The notes under the pieces are model-generated. The model did not search any database. It saw only the letters and a program-made list of their open reading frames with translations, and was not told the origin of the DNA. The position numbers and the translations under genes were made by a program. From assembly GCF_000143415.4 (NCBI RefSeq), contig NW_003314261.1, positions 620,001 through 684,000 on the forward strand: a stretch of 64,000 nt of DNA. Reading direction: 5' to 3'. This stretch comes from Selaginella moellendorffii. Taxonomy: Eukaryota > Plantae > Lycopodiophyta. The first letter of the stretch is position 1. Each line of letters opens with the position of its first letter. This document shows positions 13,579 to 27,900 of this stretch, piece by piece.

Positions 13579-13724
13579 TATGAGTGCTTGGAATATGTTA
13601 AGGGAAAAACCCTAACTTATATACAAGAGCAAGTGGTCCAGATTGAAACTAATTCGACGGCTACTAAAATCCCATTACGTTAATATTAGTATATGGCATC
13701 GTAGCCGTACACTTGGCCCTCACA
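13579..13724 (-). repeat. 5' LTR (146 bp)
   Basis: Direct repeat of 8746-8921 with a ~30-bp indel and many transitions; one terminus mutated (TG to TA on the plus strand). Confidence 0.9.
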
Positions 13725-15193
13725 ATGTTTATAATTTATAAACTTTCTTAAACCCTTATTAGTATATTCTTTCTTATTCTATCAGTTAATGGTTGATATG
13801 CAATTAGATTAATCTTGTGTAATAATAATATTAAAATGCATATAATTTTTTAATTTATTTGATCAATTGAATTAATAAGTAAAAATAACATTACTATTAT
13901 GCTACATGTAACACATGGCAATTTATTGCGACATTTGTGCTTCACACAAACCATTAAATTTGGAATGGACAGATTAGATTTTAATGGCTATCTGATGTGG
14001 CAGAATTTAATTGGGTACTTTTAGTGCTCACAATAAACACCGAAGATCGTGGAATGCCATATCGTTCTCTTCGTAAGATGGCTCTGGTAGAGCTCCTTGT
14101 CCTGACAATCGAAAGAAACTGCGAAGATTCTTGAGTCCTGAGATCGTCAAGGAAAGACAAAGAGGTTAGAAGCAGGAAAGTTTCTTCCACGATCAACAGA
14201 AGCTTGGATCGTTTTCTCTCTGCCATTCGTCTCCACAAAGGTCACAGGGATAGAGAAAGTCAATCCAACAATAATGGGCCCAACAGCTCACTTTTCACTC
14301 TGGCAACTTTTTCACCCCCAACATTTTCCAAGACCACTCTGTGTTTTAGGTCTGGAGTAGATAGACAGCGGAATGGAGTTAACTGATCTTCATTCCAGCT
14401 CAAGAAAATTCTGGAAGCCGGTTGAAGAAGTTGGCAGCTGCAAGGGATTCTTCAATTACGAAATAAAAATGCCTGTCTTTAGCAATAACGCTGCATATAA
14501 AATCACACACAATTGTCTGCACCTTGGTTTTTATTCACGTAATCCTTTGCTTTGTTGCGCGTGCTGACTTTTGTGCATTATTTTTTAATCTTGTTCACGT
14601 GAAGGAGCATCTTCCCAATGAATGGCATCCTAATTCTAAACAGTGCTTCAAGTACAAAGCCGATTCCCTTTGTGTTGGTGGTGAATTTATTGGTCTATAC
14701 AAAGTTTTTTTGTATTTGTTTAATGCTTTTACGCAAGATGTGATATTTTCAGGTAATCAAATGTGGTGGTCCTCTGAATCCATGGCATCTCCTTATGCAA
14801 AGCGAGCGTAAAGGTGTGGACGAGAGATGAGTGGCAAAGCAAAGTGCCAGTCTTTCAGCGGGAAAACATTTGTTGCTTCTTATTCTTCTTATCTTTGATC
14901 CAACACTAGACCTTGCAACTATCAAAAGATTTGAGTAGTTGTATGTTTTTCACTGTCCCGAGCCGCATAAACTGTCAAAGTCGCACGCTTGAAGAACCAC
15001 TGCGGCCTTTTTCTTGCAATCTTACTGCATCTTTGGGTATCTAATCCTCTTTACTTTTCAGTGTGTTCTGATGTTTCCCTCACATCAGGCGTGCTATAAT
15101 TTTATTGCAGGAAGGTTAAGTGCTATGGTTTTATGGGAGTAGTCCGTGCTCTTGCGGGTCTGATATAGCAGCAGGTGTGAATTAGCCAGAAGT

Positions 15194-17855
15194 ATGGCAA
15201 GCACGAGCAGATGCAGATGCTGCTTGTTGTCACTGGTCCTGCTTGCTTTTGCTTTCTTCTCGTCTACAGGAGTGAAAGATCTGGGCTTCACTTTGGACAA
15301 GTTGGAGGATGAATTCCTATCTGGTCTTTCTAATAATACAATCAGCAAGTTTCTTAAGGAGCTTACGTTGGAGCCACATGTAGCCGGCACGGCAGAGGAC
15401 CTCGCTACTGCAAAATACGTTTTTGATCATTTTGAAGCTTCCGGGATTGTGGCTCATTACTCTGATTACAGTGTGCTCCTCTCTTATCCGATCCGAAGAT
15501 CTCTATCGTTGCACCTTCCTGATGGTTCCTTGAAGGACTTCACTTTGAAAGAAGAGGCAGTCGAGGGCGACCCTTACAGCACTAATCCGAAGGTGATTCC
15601 AACTTTCTTCGCTTATTCACCTTCTGGTACCATCAGCAGTGAAGTTGTTTATGTGAATTATGGTCGAGAAGAGGATTTTCTCACTTTGAAGGATGAAGGA
15701 GTCAATGTAACTGGTACAGTGGTCATTGCAAGGATCGGGAAGATCTTCCGAGGGGATATAGCTGCAAATGCAGCAGCAGCAGGTGCAGCTGCTGCCATAA
15801 CCTACTCGGATCCTTTCGACTATGCAGGGAACGGAACTCAAGGTTACTATCCTTCTTCACAGTGGTTGCCCCCATCTGGTGTTCAACGAGGTTCCTTGTT
15901 TTTGACTAATGGTGATCCTCTTACACCTGGATGGCCCAGTGTTCCGGATGCTGAAAGGCTGGAAATCTCCCAAGTGCAGTTTCCTAAGATACCTGTGTTG
16001 CCAGTCTCGGCTCAGGATGCGCTACCAATACTGGAAGCACTAACAGGGAAGGTTGCTCCACAAGAGTGGCAGGGGGGACTACAACTGTCCTCATACCGAC
16101 TTGGGAGGGGTCCTGCTAAAGTCAAGTTGAGCTATGAAGTGAGTCTTCTTTCTACCTTCTGTTTTAAGTCCAACATCTTGCTGCTGATCAGGGGAATTTG
16201 ACGATGGCTCCAATCAGAAATGTTATAGGGATGATTACAGGGTCTGAAGAGCCAGACAGGTAAGTAATCTAAGACTTCAGATTCTTTTGCGACGCTATAA
16301 TTGAATGTTCAAGGTATATTTTGCTCGGAAACCATCGAGATGCATGGACATTTGGAGCAGCCGACCCCAACAGTGGCACTGCATGTCTTCTTGAAGTAAT
16401 GTTTAGCATCGTGTAGTTCAGTCTGAGCCCCTGCATTTATAGATTGCACGAGGATTCGGAAACTTGCTGAACCTCGGGTGGCGACCGAGGCGAACAATTA
16501 TTTTCTGTAGCTGGGATGCGGAAGAGTTTGGCTTGGTGAGTGCCTCTTACACTTATTTGTGCAGTCTGATTCCGGTCCCCTGTTCTCCAGATAGGGTCAT
16601 CCGAATGGGTTGAGAGGAATCTCAATTTATTGGCTTCTAGAGCAGTTGCTTACCTTAACGTCGACACAGCAGTTGGTGGTCCTAATTTTGATGGACGTGC
16701 GACCCCCCAGCTGGACAATATACTGCTGGAAGTCACCAAGAAGGTTCCAATCCTCTGGATTTTTAATCAAGTAATATCAATTTCGTCCTTGTTCTAGGTG
16801 AAGGATCCAACTTCAAAATACGGGACAGTATATGAAGCTTGGTCTGCATTGAACGGCCATGGTACTCCTAACGTAAGGCTTGATTTCAGCATGCGATCAA
16901 ACTAACCTGAGCGTTTTTCAGATTGGAAGGCTGGGTAGTGGATCTGATTTTTCAGCATTCTTGCATCATGCTGGTATTCCTTCATATGACATCCGATATC
17001 AAACTCGTAAATATGGGGAGATTATACTTCTTTGGTAATAACTGTGTGATGCAGTTTATCCTATGTATCATTCACTGTATGATGATTACAACTGGATGGA
17101 ACGCTTTGGAGATCCCATGTTTCACCGACACGTTGCAGGTAACAAGGTATCCCATTTCAGATATGAGATTCTATGATGAAATTAACAGTTTCTGGAATAT
17201 GGGGCCTGCTTGCAATCCATCTTGCTAGTGATGCTGTTTTATCCTTCAACTATGCTAACTATGCCGACGAGCTGGAGGTGATATTTGATGCCTTTTCTTC
17301 TGAATGACCGATCTGGTGTCAATAGGCGGGTGCAATGGCATTGCAAAAGAATTTGCTATCAGAAAACATCACAGCAAATCCCTTATTTCCTGCGATATCA
17401 AAACTGCGAGCAGCTGCTGCTCAATTGGGAGCAGAAATGATTCAAATGAAGGTTACTAATTTCTTGTTTTTTTTTTCCTAAGATTTTCTGGCTTCATCAG
17501 GTACTCACTGATGCTCAAACCTTGTCTAAGCTGAGGTCCTTGAATGATCGGATGCTTCTGGCCGAGCGATCGTTCTTGGATCCTAGTGGACTGACCAGGA
17601 CTTCCTGGTATAAGCATCTTGTACGTATTCAGAATGTCTAGCTTGACTATTAATGATCCGGGTTGTTGACAGATATATGGGCCATCAGGTAAGAATCACT
17701 ACAATTCGCAGTTATTTCCGGGTGTTTGTGACGCACTAGCTGCTGCAATGAGTATCAACAACAAGGCTAGCTGGAACGCGTTGCAGCATGAGATTTGGAA
17801 GGTAGCACGAGCAATAACAAATGTGGCTCATTTCTTAAGTGGTGAACTTCATTGA
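15194..17855 (+). CDS. Glutamate carboxypeptidase II (M28B), AMP1/LAMP1-like, multi-exon
   Basis: N-terminal TM, PHVAGT, PA domain ([26 protein letters not shown]), [46 protein letters not shown], TfR-dimerisation tail (WYKHL/IYGP). Confidence 0.93.
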
Positions 17856-18907
17856 GGGACATTTCTCTAAAGAACCATGCAACCACTTCCTAGTCAAGTG
17901 GACTGAAACTTAAATGCCACACAAATTATTGGGATTGCAAGTTGCAAATGAGTGTCTACAGAGTCTAAAGAAGGTTGCAAAAAAACTCAAAATCCCTTGA
18001 TCTTGAACATAGAAACACCACACTTCAGAGCCCTTATGGAGGGCAAGTTAGTCTGAAAACACTTGCCAAACAAGAAGTGCTGTTGGAAATCTTCACCAAC
18101 ACTTTGAATTATAACTAGCATGAATAACAATTTAAAATATATAACTACACTTCAGAAGTTTGACTGTACTACAAGACCTTGTAAACAGGATATGTTATTA
18201 AGCTTGGTTTTGGTAAATCCCAGGTTTAAAGTTGAATATTAACTAATCCCTAAGCACAGTTATAATTATATTTGCACTATTTGTAAAATGTTATTGTAAT
18301 TGTGATTTAATATTAATAGTAAAACAGCCATACAAAAGTAGCTATCATGTCAGAAGTAGATTGAAATTTGCCAGCCATGAGCTGTTGCAGCAAGAAGTTG
18401 ATCCAAATTCCTGACAAGATCAAAGCTGGAAGGTTAGAAACTTTCTTGCTTCTAACCTCTTCGCTCTTTTCTTGACTGATTTGTTGCATGCTTGTCTTCA
18501 TGGTATAATATCGCTTTGTTATTGGATTATTTTTCTTACAATCTTTCAGGATGAGGAGCTCTACCAGAAGTTGCCAGAACCATTCGACCAAGAGAACGCT
18601 ATACTCAACCTGGCGTTCAGGCTCACAAAGACTGAAGAGTTTCACTGGAGAAAAAAACAGGAAACTTTACTTCTTGTGTTCCCAAATCACATCTTGGCTG
18701 CCAAATCATCTCATCCCGTTCTTCCGGAATTATACGTTTTTTTTTCTCTGCTAGCAGCGATCCGGTAGAGCAATAAATACGAACTCAACAAAGATACCTT
18801 GGTAAAAGTGTCCCCTGACAATTCATTCTCTCACTTTGTGAGATTTTGAGCTATCACAGTTTGGTTATAAAATAAAACCAAAGAAGGAAAGAAAGAATGC
18901 AGCTAGC

Positions 18908-20792
<1,885 letters not shown>

Positions 20793-21468
20793 TGCTCCAC
20801 CCGGTAATCCGCTGTATCGATCGACCATCAGGCCGATCAATCAATCCTTCTGGAATGATAGGATTATCAGCCCCATTTTATAGCGCGATCGAAAAGATAA
20901 CGTGCCGCCAATGATTGCCGGATTCCCTTCTCCTACCCAGACCCTGTTTGATCGCCGGCCGACGGAACTGATGGATTGGATCGATCATCCTGCGCGTCGG
21001 CGTCGCTTTGTCGGCAGCATCGCCGCGGGGAAATCGGCTCCGAGCGATAGCGCCAGGACAAACACACGAGACGATTGAAGCGTTGGCATCAATCCACGTC
21101 CATCCGGCATTCCACTCCGCGGCCCCTTTCCTCGCATCAATCGCTAGTAGTCCCCACAAGAAATCAATGCCTAGAGAACGAGACAAGATGGATCCATCGA
21201 TCCAGGAGGAAAGAGGGCGGATGACGAAGAAATAAATGCACCGATTCCTTGTTAGAGCCATGGCCGGCTGGCGAGCTAGGGTTTTTTAGTTTATCTCCTG
21301 TTTAAAATTCCCACCCAGATCTCTATCCAACGGCTCCCGGGCCTCGGGCACATCCTACGGTGTCTGTCAGTCCGTACGGTCGACTTTGACCAAAGCATAT
21401 TCTACTTTAGAGATTCTTTGTTCTTCTCTCTCCTCTCGATTAGGGCTCTAGCGTGCGATGGGGCGGAG

Positions 21469-23100
21469 ATGCGGCGATCGGCTTCCCGGGCGTTGATTTT
21501 CCAGGAGCAGGATGACATCGCCAGGATTGTGAGGTCTGTAGGCCAGGATTTGGAGCAGGCGCGGTGGATTCACGCCCAGATCGAGCAGAGCCAGCACCGG
21601 CGGAATCGATTCCTGGCCAATCTGCTGGTGGAAATGTATGGCAAATGTGGCAGGATTCGCGAGGCTCGCGCGGTGTTCGATGGCATGGTCGAGCAACCCA
21701 ATGATTTCTCGTGGAACATCCTGGCGTGGGCGTATGCCACGAATGGGCAATTGGCGGCCGCGGAGGAGATCTTCCATAGCATGACGCTGAGGAGCTCTGT
21801 CTCATGGACGAGCATGATACAGATCTACTCGCACTACTCCAATCCATTCATAGCGCAGGAAGTTCTTGGTAGAATGCCCGAGTGGAATTTGATCTCCTGG
21901 AACACGCTCATAGCAGCGTATGCCCAGAGTGGGCATTTGCAAGAATCTAGTGAGGTGTTCTTGGCTATGCCTAAGCGCGACGTGATCTCCTGGTGCTCTC
22001 TCCTCGCCGGATTCGTCCTCGCCAGCGATCCCTCCTCCGCCCAGAGGTTTTTCCAGCGATCGCCATACCACGACCGCGTGAGCGCGACATCGGTGCTCCA
22101 GGTCCTGGGCGGGGATCAGGGGCGCGTGATCTTCGACCGGATGGAGGAGCGCGACAAGATCTCGTGGAATGCGATGATCGCCGCGAATTGGAGCTCCCTG
22201 GAGGGCGCCCGCGCGGTGTTTGATCGCATCCCTCTGCGCGATCTCGTGGCGTGGACAGCGATGATCCAAGCCAGCGCCAGACTGGGGCTCTTCGTGGCGG
22301 CCAAGGAGTTCTTCGATGCGATGCCGGGGAGAGATCTCATGGCCTGGACGACGATCGTGGCTGGAAGCAGCGAATTCGCGGCCGCCCAGATCGCCTTCTC
22401 CAAGATGCCGCAGTGGAGCGTCGTGTCGCTCACAGCGCTCCTGGATCATCACGACGACCATCGCTCCACTGGGAATCTCTCGCTGGATCTCTTCGATCTC
22501 TTTGATCGAATGCCCGAGAGGAATGTGGTGTCCTGGACGGCAATGCTGGGATCGCTAGCGAGGAGGATGGATCTCCTCGCGGCCAAGCGCGTCTTCGATC
22601 GAATGCCACAGCACACGATCGTGTCCTGGAACGCGATCATGGCGGCCTTCGCGCTCTCCAGCAGCGCCATGACCGCGATCGTGAGCTTCCAGCGATTGAT
22701 CCTGGATGGATTGCCGGTGAATTCCATCACGTTCCTCGTCCTCCTCACGGCTTGCAGCCACTTGGGTCTCGTGGATCAGAGCCGCGACTACCTCGTCGCC
22801 ATGGCTATGGATTTTGGAGTCCCTCCAAGCGTGGATCACTACTCTTGCATGGTGGATGTTCTTGGGCGATCCGGGCAGCTCCAGTTCGCGACGAGCTTGC
22901 TTGCGACGATGCCCATGGTGCCAGATTACGTTGCGTGGTGTAGTGTTCTGAGCGCTTCCAAGAATCTACACGATGTGGAGAGTGGGGTTTTCGCCGCGAG
23001 ATCCGGGCTTGAGTTGCGAGCTCGCGATCCGGGCTTGAATCTACTGCTTTCGAACATCTACTTTGGTGGTCTCCAGAGAATTTCTCCAGATCTTTCGTGA
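21469..23100 (+). CDS. PLS-class PPR protein with E-type C-terminus, no DYW
   Basis: Intronless; LVEMYGKCG; ~31-aa repeats (F..MP.R..VSW.AM); LTACSHLG, HYSCMVDVLGRSG, LLSNIY. Confidence 0.92.
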   Translation: MRRSASRALIFQEQDDIARIVRSVGQDLEQARWIHAQIEQSQHRRNRFLANLLVEMYGKCGRIREARAVFDGMVEQPNDFSWNILAWAYATNGQLAAAEEIFHSMTLRSSVSWTSMIQIYSHYSNPFIAQEVLGRMPEWNLISWNTLIAAYAQSGHLQESSEVFLAMPKRDVISWCSLLAGFVLASDPSSAQRFFQRSPYHDRVSATSVLQVLGGDQGRVIFDRMEERDKISWNAMIAANWSSLEGARAVFDRIPLRDLVAWTAMIQASARLGLFVAAKEFFDAMPGRDLMAWTTIVAGSSEFAAAQIAFSKMPQWSVVSLTALLDHHDDHRSTGNLSLDLFDLFDRMPERNVVSWTAMLGSLARRMDLLAAKRVFDRMPQHTIVSWNAIMAAFALSSSAMTAIVSFQRLILDGLPVNSITFLVLLTACSHLGLVDQSRDYLVAMAMDFGVPPSVDHYSCMVDVLGRSGQLQFATSLLATMPMVPDYVAWCSVLSASKNLHDVESGVFAARSGLELRARDPGLNLLLSNIYFGGLQRISPDLS

Positions 23101-23260
23101 TCCACGAGCTCTTTTTTCCTTCGAAAATCAAGAAAAGCGTTTTTTTTATATCCAACAGCTTATTGCTTGGAAGAACACAATCACGAAAGATACAAACCGC
23201 AAAGAACACTGAAAAAAGATGGAATTTTTCCCTGGAATTTTTCTCGCTTACGCCGTGAAC

Positions 23261-24435
23261 TTACTGCCCGCTGTTGGTGTATCGGCAATTGAATCTCACC
23301 TCGCCGCGATCGCCAGTGAGAGGGCTGATGTTTCCCATCCGGATCATCGAGTCTGGGAAGTGCTTGAAGAAGGCCTCCTTGTTGTCGCTAAAGAGGTTGA
23401 CGAGCTCTTTCGTCTCCTTGGAAGTGGTGAAGAGAACCTCGTCCGAGTTGAGCAGGCCCTTGAAGTACTGGAGGTTCCGGAAGTAGTGATTGTCGAAGTA
23501 GATCGGGCTCACGAAGTCGAGGTTGGCGAGAGTGTTTGGATTGCCTCGCTGCGGGCACAGCTCCACGAGATATCCCAGGAAGTCGTTCTCGATGGTTGGA
23601 TCAGCACGAAACGTTCCACTCTGGTTGTAGAGACGCTGGACGACGTTGGTGCAACGAGCTCGGCCGATTGTGTGAGCGCCTGGATGAAAGTTTCAATGCG
23701 TTTAGCTCTTTACTCGCTGCTGGACAAGCTTACCAGAGAGAACAACTAGATCGAGCACGGATAATCCCACGGCCCTGAAGCTCGAGATCAATCCCGTGAT
23801 GTTGGACGTGGGAGGTGGGATCGAATTGTTGGCAGCGGCTTGGCTGGCAGTTAAGCTATCCCGTCTTCCAAGAAGAACTTCGTAGAAAGGACCACCGCTC
23901 TAGAGAAGGAAAAACAAAAGAAAACAATCAGGCGTGTTATTCATGAAGCATAAGAAAATTACTTCTTGCTTACTTACCACGACGACGGAGTCCCTGGCTG
24001 CGATCGCCAACACATCAGCACACGACACTACTCCGTGACAATGGCTCTCGAGCTCGGCTTTGATCTCGTCCACCACGTCGAGAGCTCGAATGGAGCCATT
24101 GTTGGGGGCTGCCATCTTCTCTCCGGTGAAAGTTGGAGTGTCGTCCAGCAGAACAGATCCATCACAGCCCTGCAAAGGAGAGCATTAGCGCCGGAAGAAA
24201 GAAAGAGCAGCGTCCAACTTACATTGACGAAACAGTCGTGGAAGTGTAGCCTTAGCAGCGACGCCGCGTTCCTGGCCTCCCTGATCACTGCCTTCTCCAC
24301 GACAGCTCTAACGATGGCCTCGGCTTCAGGACAAGTCGAGGCATAGTAGTCGGGGACGAGCTTCAGCGGGTGGCCGTCGACAATGCAAACAAGAGCAACC
24401 AGGACGCTGGTGAAGACGAAAGCAAGCGCTGCCAT
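23261..24435 (-). CDS. Class III secretory peroxidase (4 exons)
   Basis: Signal peptide, [68 protein letters not shown]. Confidence 0.96.
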
Positions 24436-24953
24436 TGCAAAAATACAAGCTCTCTTACGATGAACCGATCAACTGACTGAGAAAAACTCTCGCTCCGTCT
24501 CGACTTAAATCCGGGAGCAAAAGGCTCTCGCCTTTTGACTGGAATGAAAGCTCTCAGCTGGCAACAAGCGCAAGGCTCCAAGGCAGCGGGGATTTGAATC
24601 CTAGGCTAGTGGAGGCGACTCGAGAAGGATGAGGGGAAAGACCAAACCACCACCTACATATTAGATAGACAGACAATGCAAAGAAAAGCTGGCTGTTTGG
24701 TGATTCTTGAGAGAACAGTCGCCACTATGCTTTCTCTTTCTGCTTGCTTGCTTTGACCGGCAAAATTAAATCGCTCGCGATCACTCACAGCTTACTAGAG
24801 AGGTTGGAAGATGATCACATCAACTCGACTTACAGTGAGTGGAGCAAGGGACCCAGCAGAGTAAACTGAGAGGGACTAGAACTAGACTAACTGCTTAACA
24901 AGAGCTTGTATGACGCGCGCACTAAGTATTAAACTTCTTCGTACCTGGGAAAG

Positions 24954-27900
24954 CTACGTGTGTTGCTTCTCTCGGCACCACGGACACGTTTTAAAGCGTT
25001 GAATGTAGTTGTTCCAATCGCTTCTGTTGGCAGGCATCTCACAGTACTTGCAAGACTGTGAGTGTTGCAGCACGGGGTAGCCTGTTACACAGCACGGCTT
25101 GCTTTCAAGCTGCAAAGAAACGAGAGTGTTAAACGCCTCCAAAGATGTTCACTACCAGCTTACTTTGCAATAGAAACAGGTGAGGCTTGCTTCGTATATT
25201 TCGCCGCTACATCTATCGCAGGATCTCGTTGGAAGAACGGGTTCTACCTGCGACAAAAGAGCGTTGTGTTTGATAGATATGCTGTGGCAAAAGGACGCAC
25301 CTGTTGATCCATGCTTAGTTGGATCAACCAGTCTCGAACTTGTTCCCGTTGATTCTCTAAAGATGATCCAGGAAGAAAAGGACAATATCAGTTCCTTCTA
25401 GAAGAGAATGCGAGACTGCATTTACCTTCCAAGTAGTGCTTTTGAGGAACAGGGAATGATCGAGGGATATCACTCGTATCCAAGCCAGACGTGTCAAATG
25501 TACATTCCCCGGTCTGAAGCTCGATAGATTCCGCTATATCAAGGTAGTCGTTGAGATAAACGAATGCCATGTTTTGCCAACCAACCTGAAAGGAATCACG
25601 CAACTTCAACACAAGATGAAATCATAGAAACACCTTTTTGCAAGCGATTCCAGCTTGGTAAAACGCTTCATCAGCTGATATGACATCAATGTAACGCAGC
25701 AGCGAAACACTAAGCTTGGCCGTAATCTCAGGAAGGTCCTGTTCATTAGATTAGTAGTTTCCAAACGGATAGTACATTGAGAAAACCTGTGCTTCAGCTG
25801 CTTGTCGTAACGCAAGATAGTTTGTTATGTACAACAGCTTCTCGATCTCCATTAGTACTGAAAAAACAAAGCGCAGGTCAGAATTAAGAAAGGCTCTCAA
25901 CTTCCACTTACTCGGACAAACAGTGGCAGTCATAGTTTGTGAAATATTAGAAAACAGTTGGAAGAGAATGTCGCGCATTTTCTGCAAAGTGTTCATTGTG
26001 AGAATATAAAGCAAACAAAACTAAGTAAATCTACCTCAACGAGGCCCTCGTTTGACCCCAATACTTGGTAGGCAAGCGAGCAGCAAAATTCGTACGCGTC
26101 AATGGTCATTGGGACACCATACTGTGCTAAAACTGAAACAGCCTCGGACAGCTGCACAGGTCCGAGTTAATGGTGGCATCTCATAGAACAATCAATATAG
26201 TTGGGGTGTTGACCTTCATATCTTCCAGACACTGTTTTGCATGCCTGAACGAGGATTCTCTTTCCGAATCGGGTCCAAGAAGGCTCGAAAGCTCATGAAC
26301 CTTCAGTGACGTATCAGCAGAGATGCTTTTCTAGGAGTAAGAATGCTTTTTTTTTTTAACCTTTTGCCAGTTTGACTGTTGGATGTAAAGTTCAACCGCT
26401 TCTGAGACATTTCCTATCTCTGCTAGTTGTTCTGCTTCTCCTTTTTTCATCAAATGCTCTTTATACTGCTCATCCACAAACTGATTCTCGCGCATTTCAG
26501 TAAAAAACATGATCCCAACTATGATTACCTGCTGAAGACGTGGGTCAGACTCAGCGACTTTTCTTGCCTGGTCCCAGAGGCCAAAAGTTATACACATGTC
26601 CACTGCCTGAAACAGATAAAAACATGCGACGGTGTAGTAAAAAGTCAAAGTGCAGTTTAAAGGAACCTCTCTATGAAAGTCGATGTCCTCGTAGAGCTTC
26701 ACTGCTTCTTCGTATTTTCCCATACTAGTCATCTTGTGAGCAATAGTGCCTACAACTTCTGGCAAGCGCGTCTGCACAGATGCTTGGGCCAATGTCACGG
26801 CCTTCTCCCATATCTGAGCTCACACTGTCAGCAAGTCACAAAAGAAAACAAAACAGCAGAACCTTTTGGAGCTCCGGAAAGTCTGTCACGTGCCTTCTAT
26901 CGACTTGAAGGTAAAAATCTATAGCTTCCGAGTAGTGCCGATTGTTTTCCATCGTTTTCGCCCGCATAAGGATAGCTTCCAGACTTTCTGAATGGTTATG
27001 CAGATACGCCGCCATTTCATGATGGATGTCCGAGACGGCTATAGGAAGATGTGCCTGAGCAACCCGAATGGCATCTTCCCATCGCATTCTATCTTTGTAC
27101 ATGTTTATAGCACGTTCAGGCTTCTTGGCCTGCAAAATAACAACCTGATATTTGAAAGTCTGATAAAAATCAGGTTGCCACCTTCAAGAAGAGTGTTTCC
27201 GCCTTTGATATCTCGTCTTTACTCAGAAGGTGTTCCGCTTGCGCTACCTGTAACTAACGGCTTAGCTCAGTTCATTACACCAAGAAATTCTTACTCGGAC
27301 ATCGGATATTGCTGCCGGCTCACAGAGATCTGCAACACGAAGGGCTGCTTGCCAATCTTGCTGATGCAAATACATGTCGATAGCTTCTCTTGGTCTTCCA
27401 GCTTTAATAAATTGGTCTTCAGCCTCTCCGAAGCGTCCTTCGTCTTCAAGGGACATAGCAAATCTTAGGTGCACCTATACATGTAAAAAACTCTCTGTCA
27501 TCCTTTTCATGCACATGTTTCATGTACCTCTGGAAGTTTGCTCTTGATGGAAGAACGACATAGATCAAAAGCGTGATCAAATGCACACGAGTCTAGAGCA
27601 TAGTCGAGAGCCTGTTCAACAAGTCCCAGCTTTGCAAGTAAATTTGCCCCAGCTTCTCCACCAAGTGACACTGCCCACGCATAAGCAACCTGGTGGTGAA
27701 AGCGATCAGCTCCATGTATAAAAACAAGTTTCAGATACCTGTTTGGCTCCTTGCATTCCACCAAACTGCTTTGCAACACGCATTGCGTCCTCCCACATTC
27801 CGTGCTGACTAAACATCTGTATAACAAACATCTCAACTTTGAAAACTACCGAAGTAGTGCGAAGCTTAATATTACCTTTACACAGGTCTTCCAATCTTGA

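Larger units (their letters stand above)
8746..13724 (-). mobile_element. Full-length decayed Ty3/gypsy LTR retrotransposon, no chromodomain evident
   Basis: LTRs at 8746-8921 and 13579-13724; TSD ATGT; PBS and PPT present. Minus-strand order is gag (13251-12600), protease (VDTG), RT (RFCIDY, FTKLDLASGY, MSFGLNNAP, FIDNV), RNase H (LHVDAS, EKECLA), integrase (GGHMGH, SAYHPQSDGLVER, GPY). Several stops and frameshifts. Confidence 0.95.

Noticed and set aside
18313-18770. Short exon-like ORFs between the AMP1-like and SCPL genes
   Set aside because: No recognisable domain or coherent gene model.
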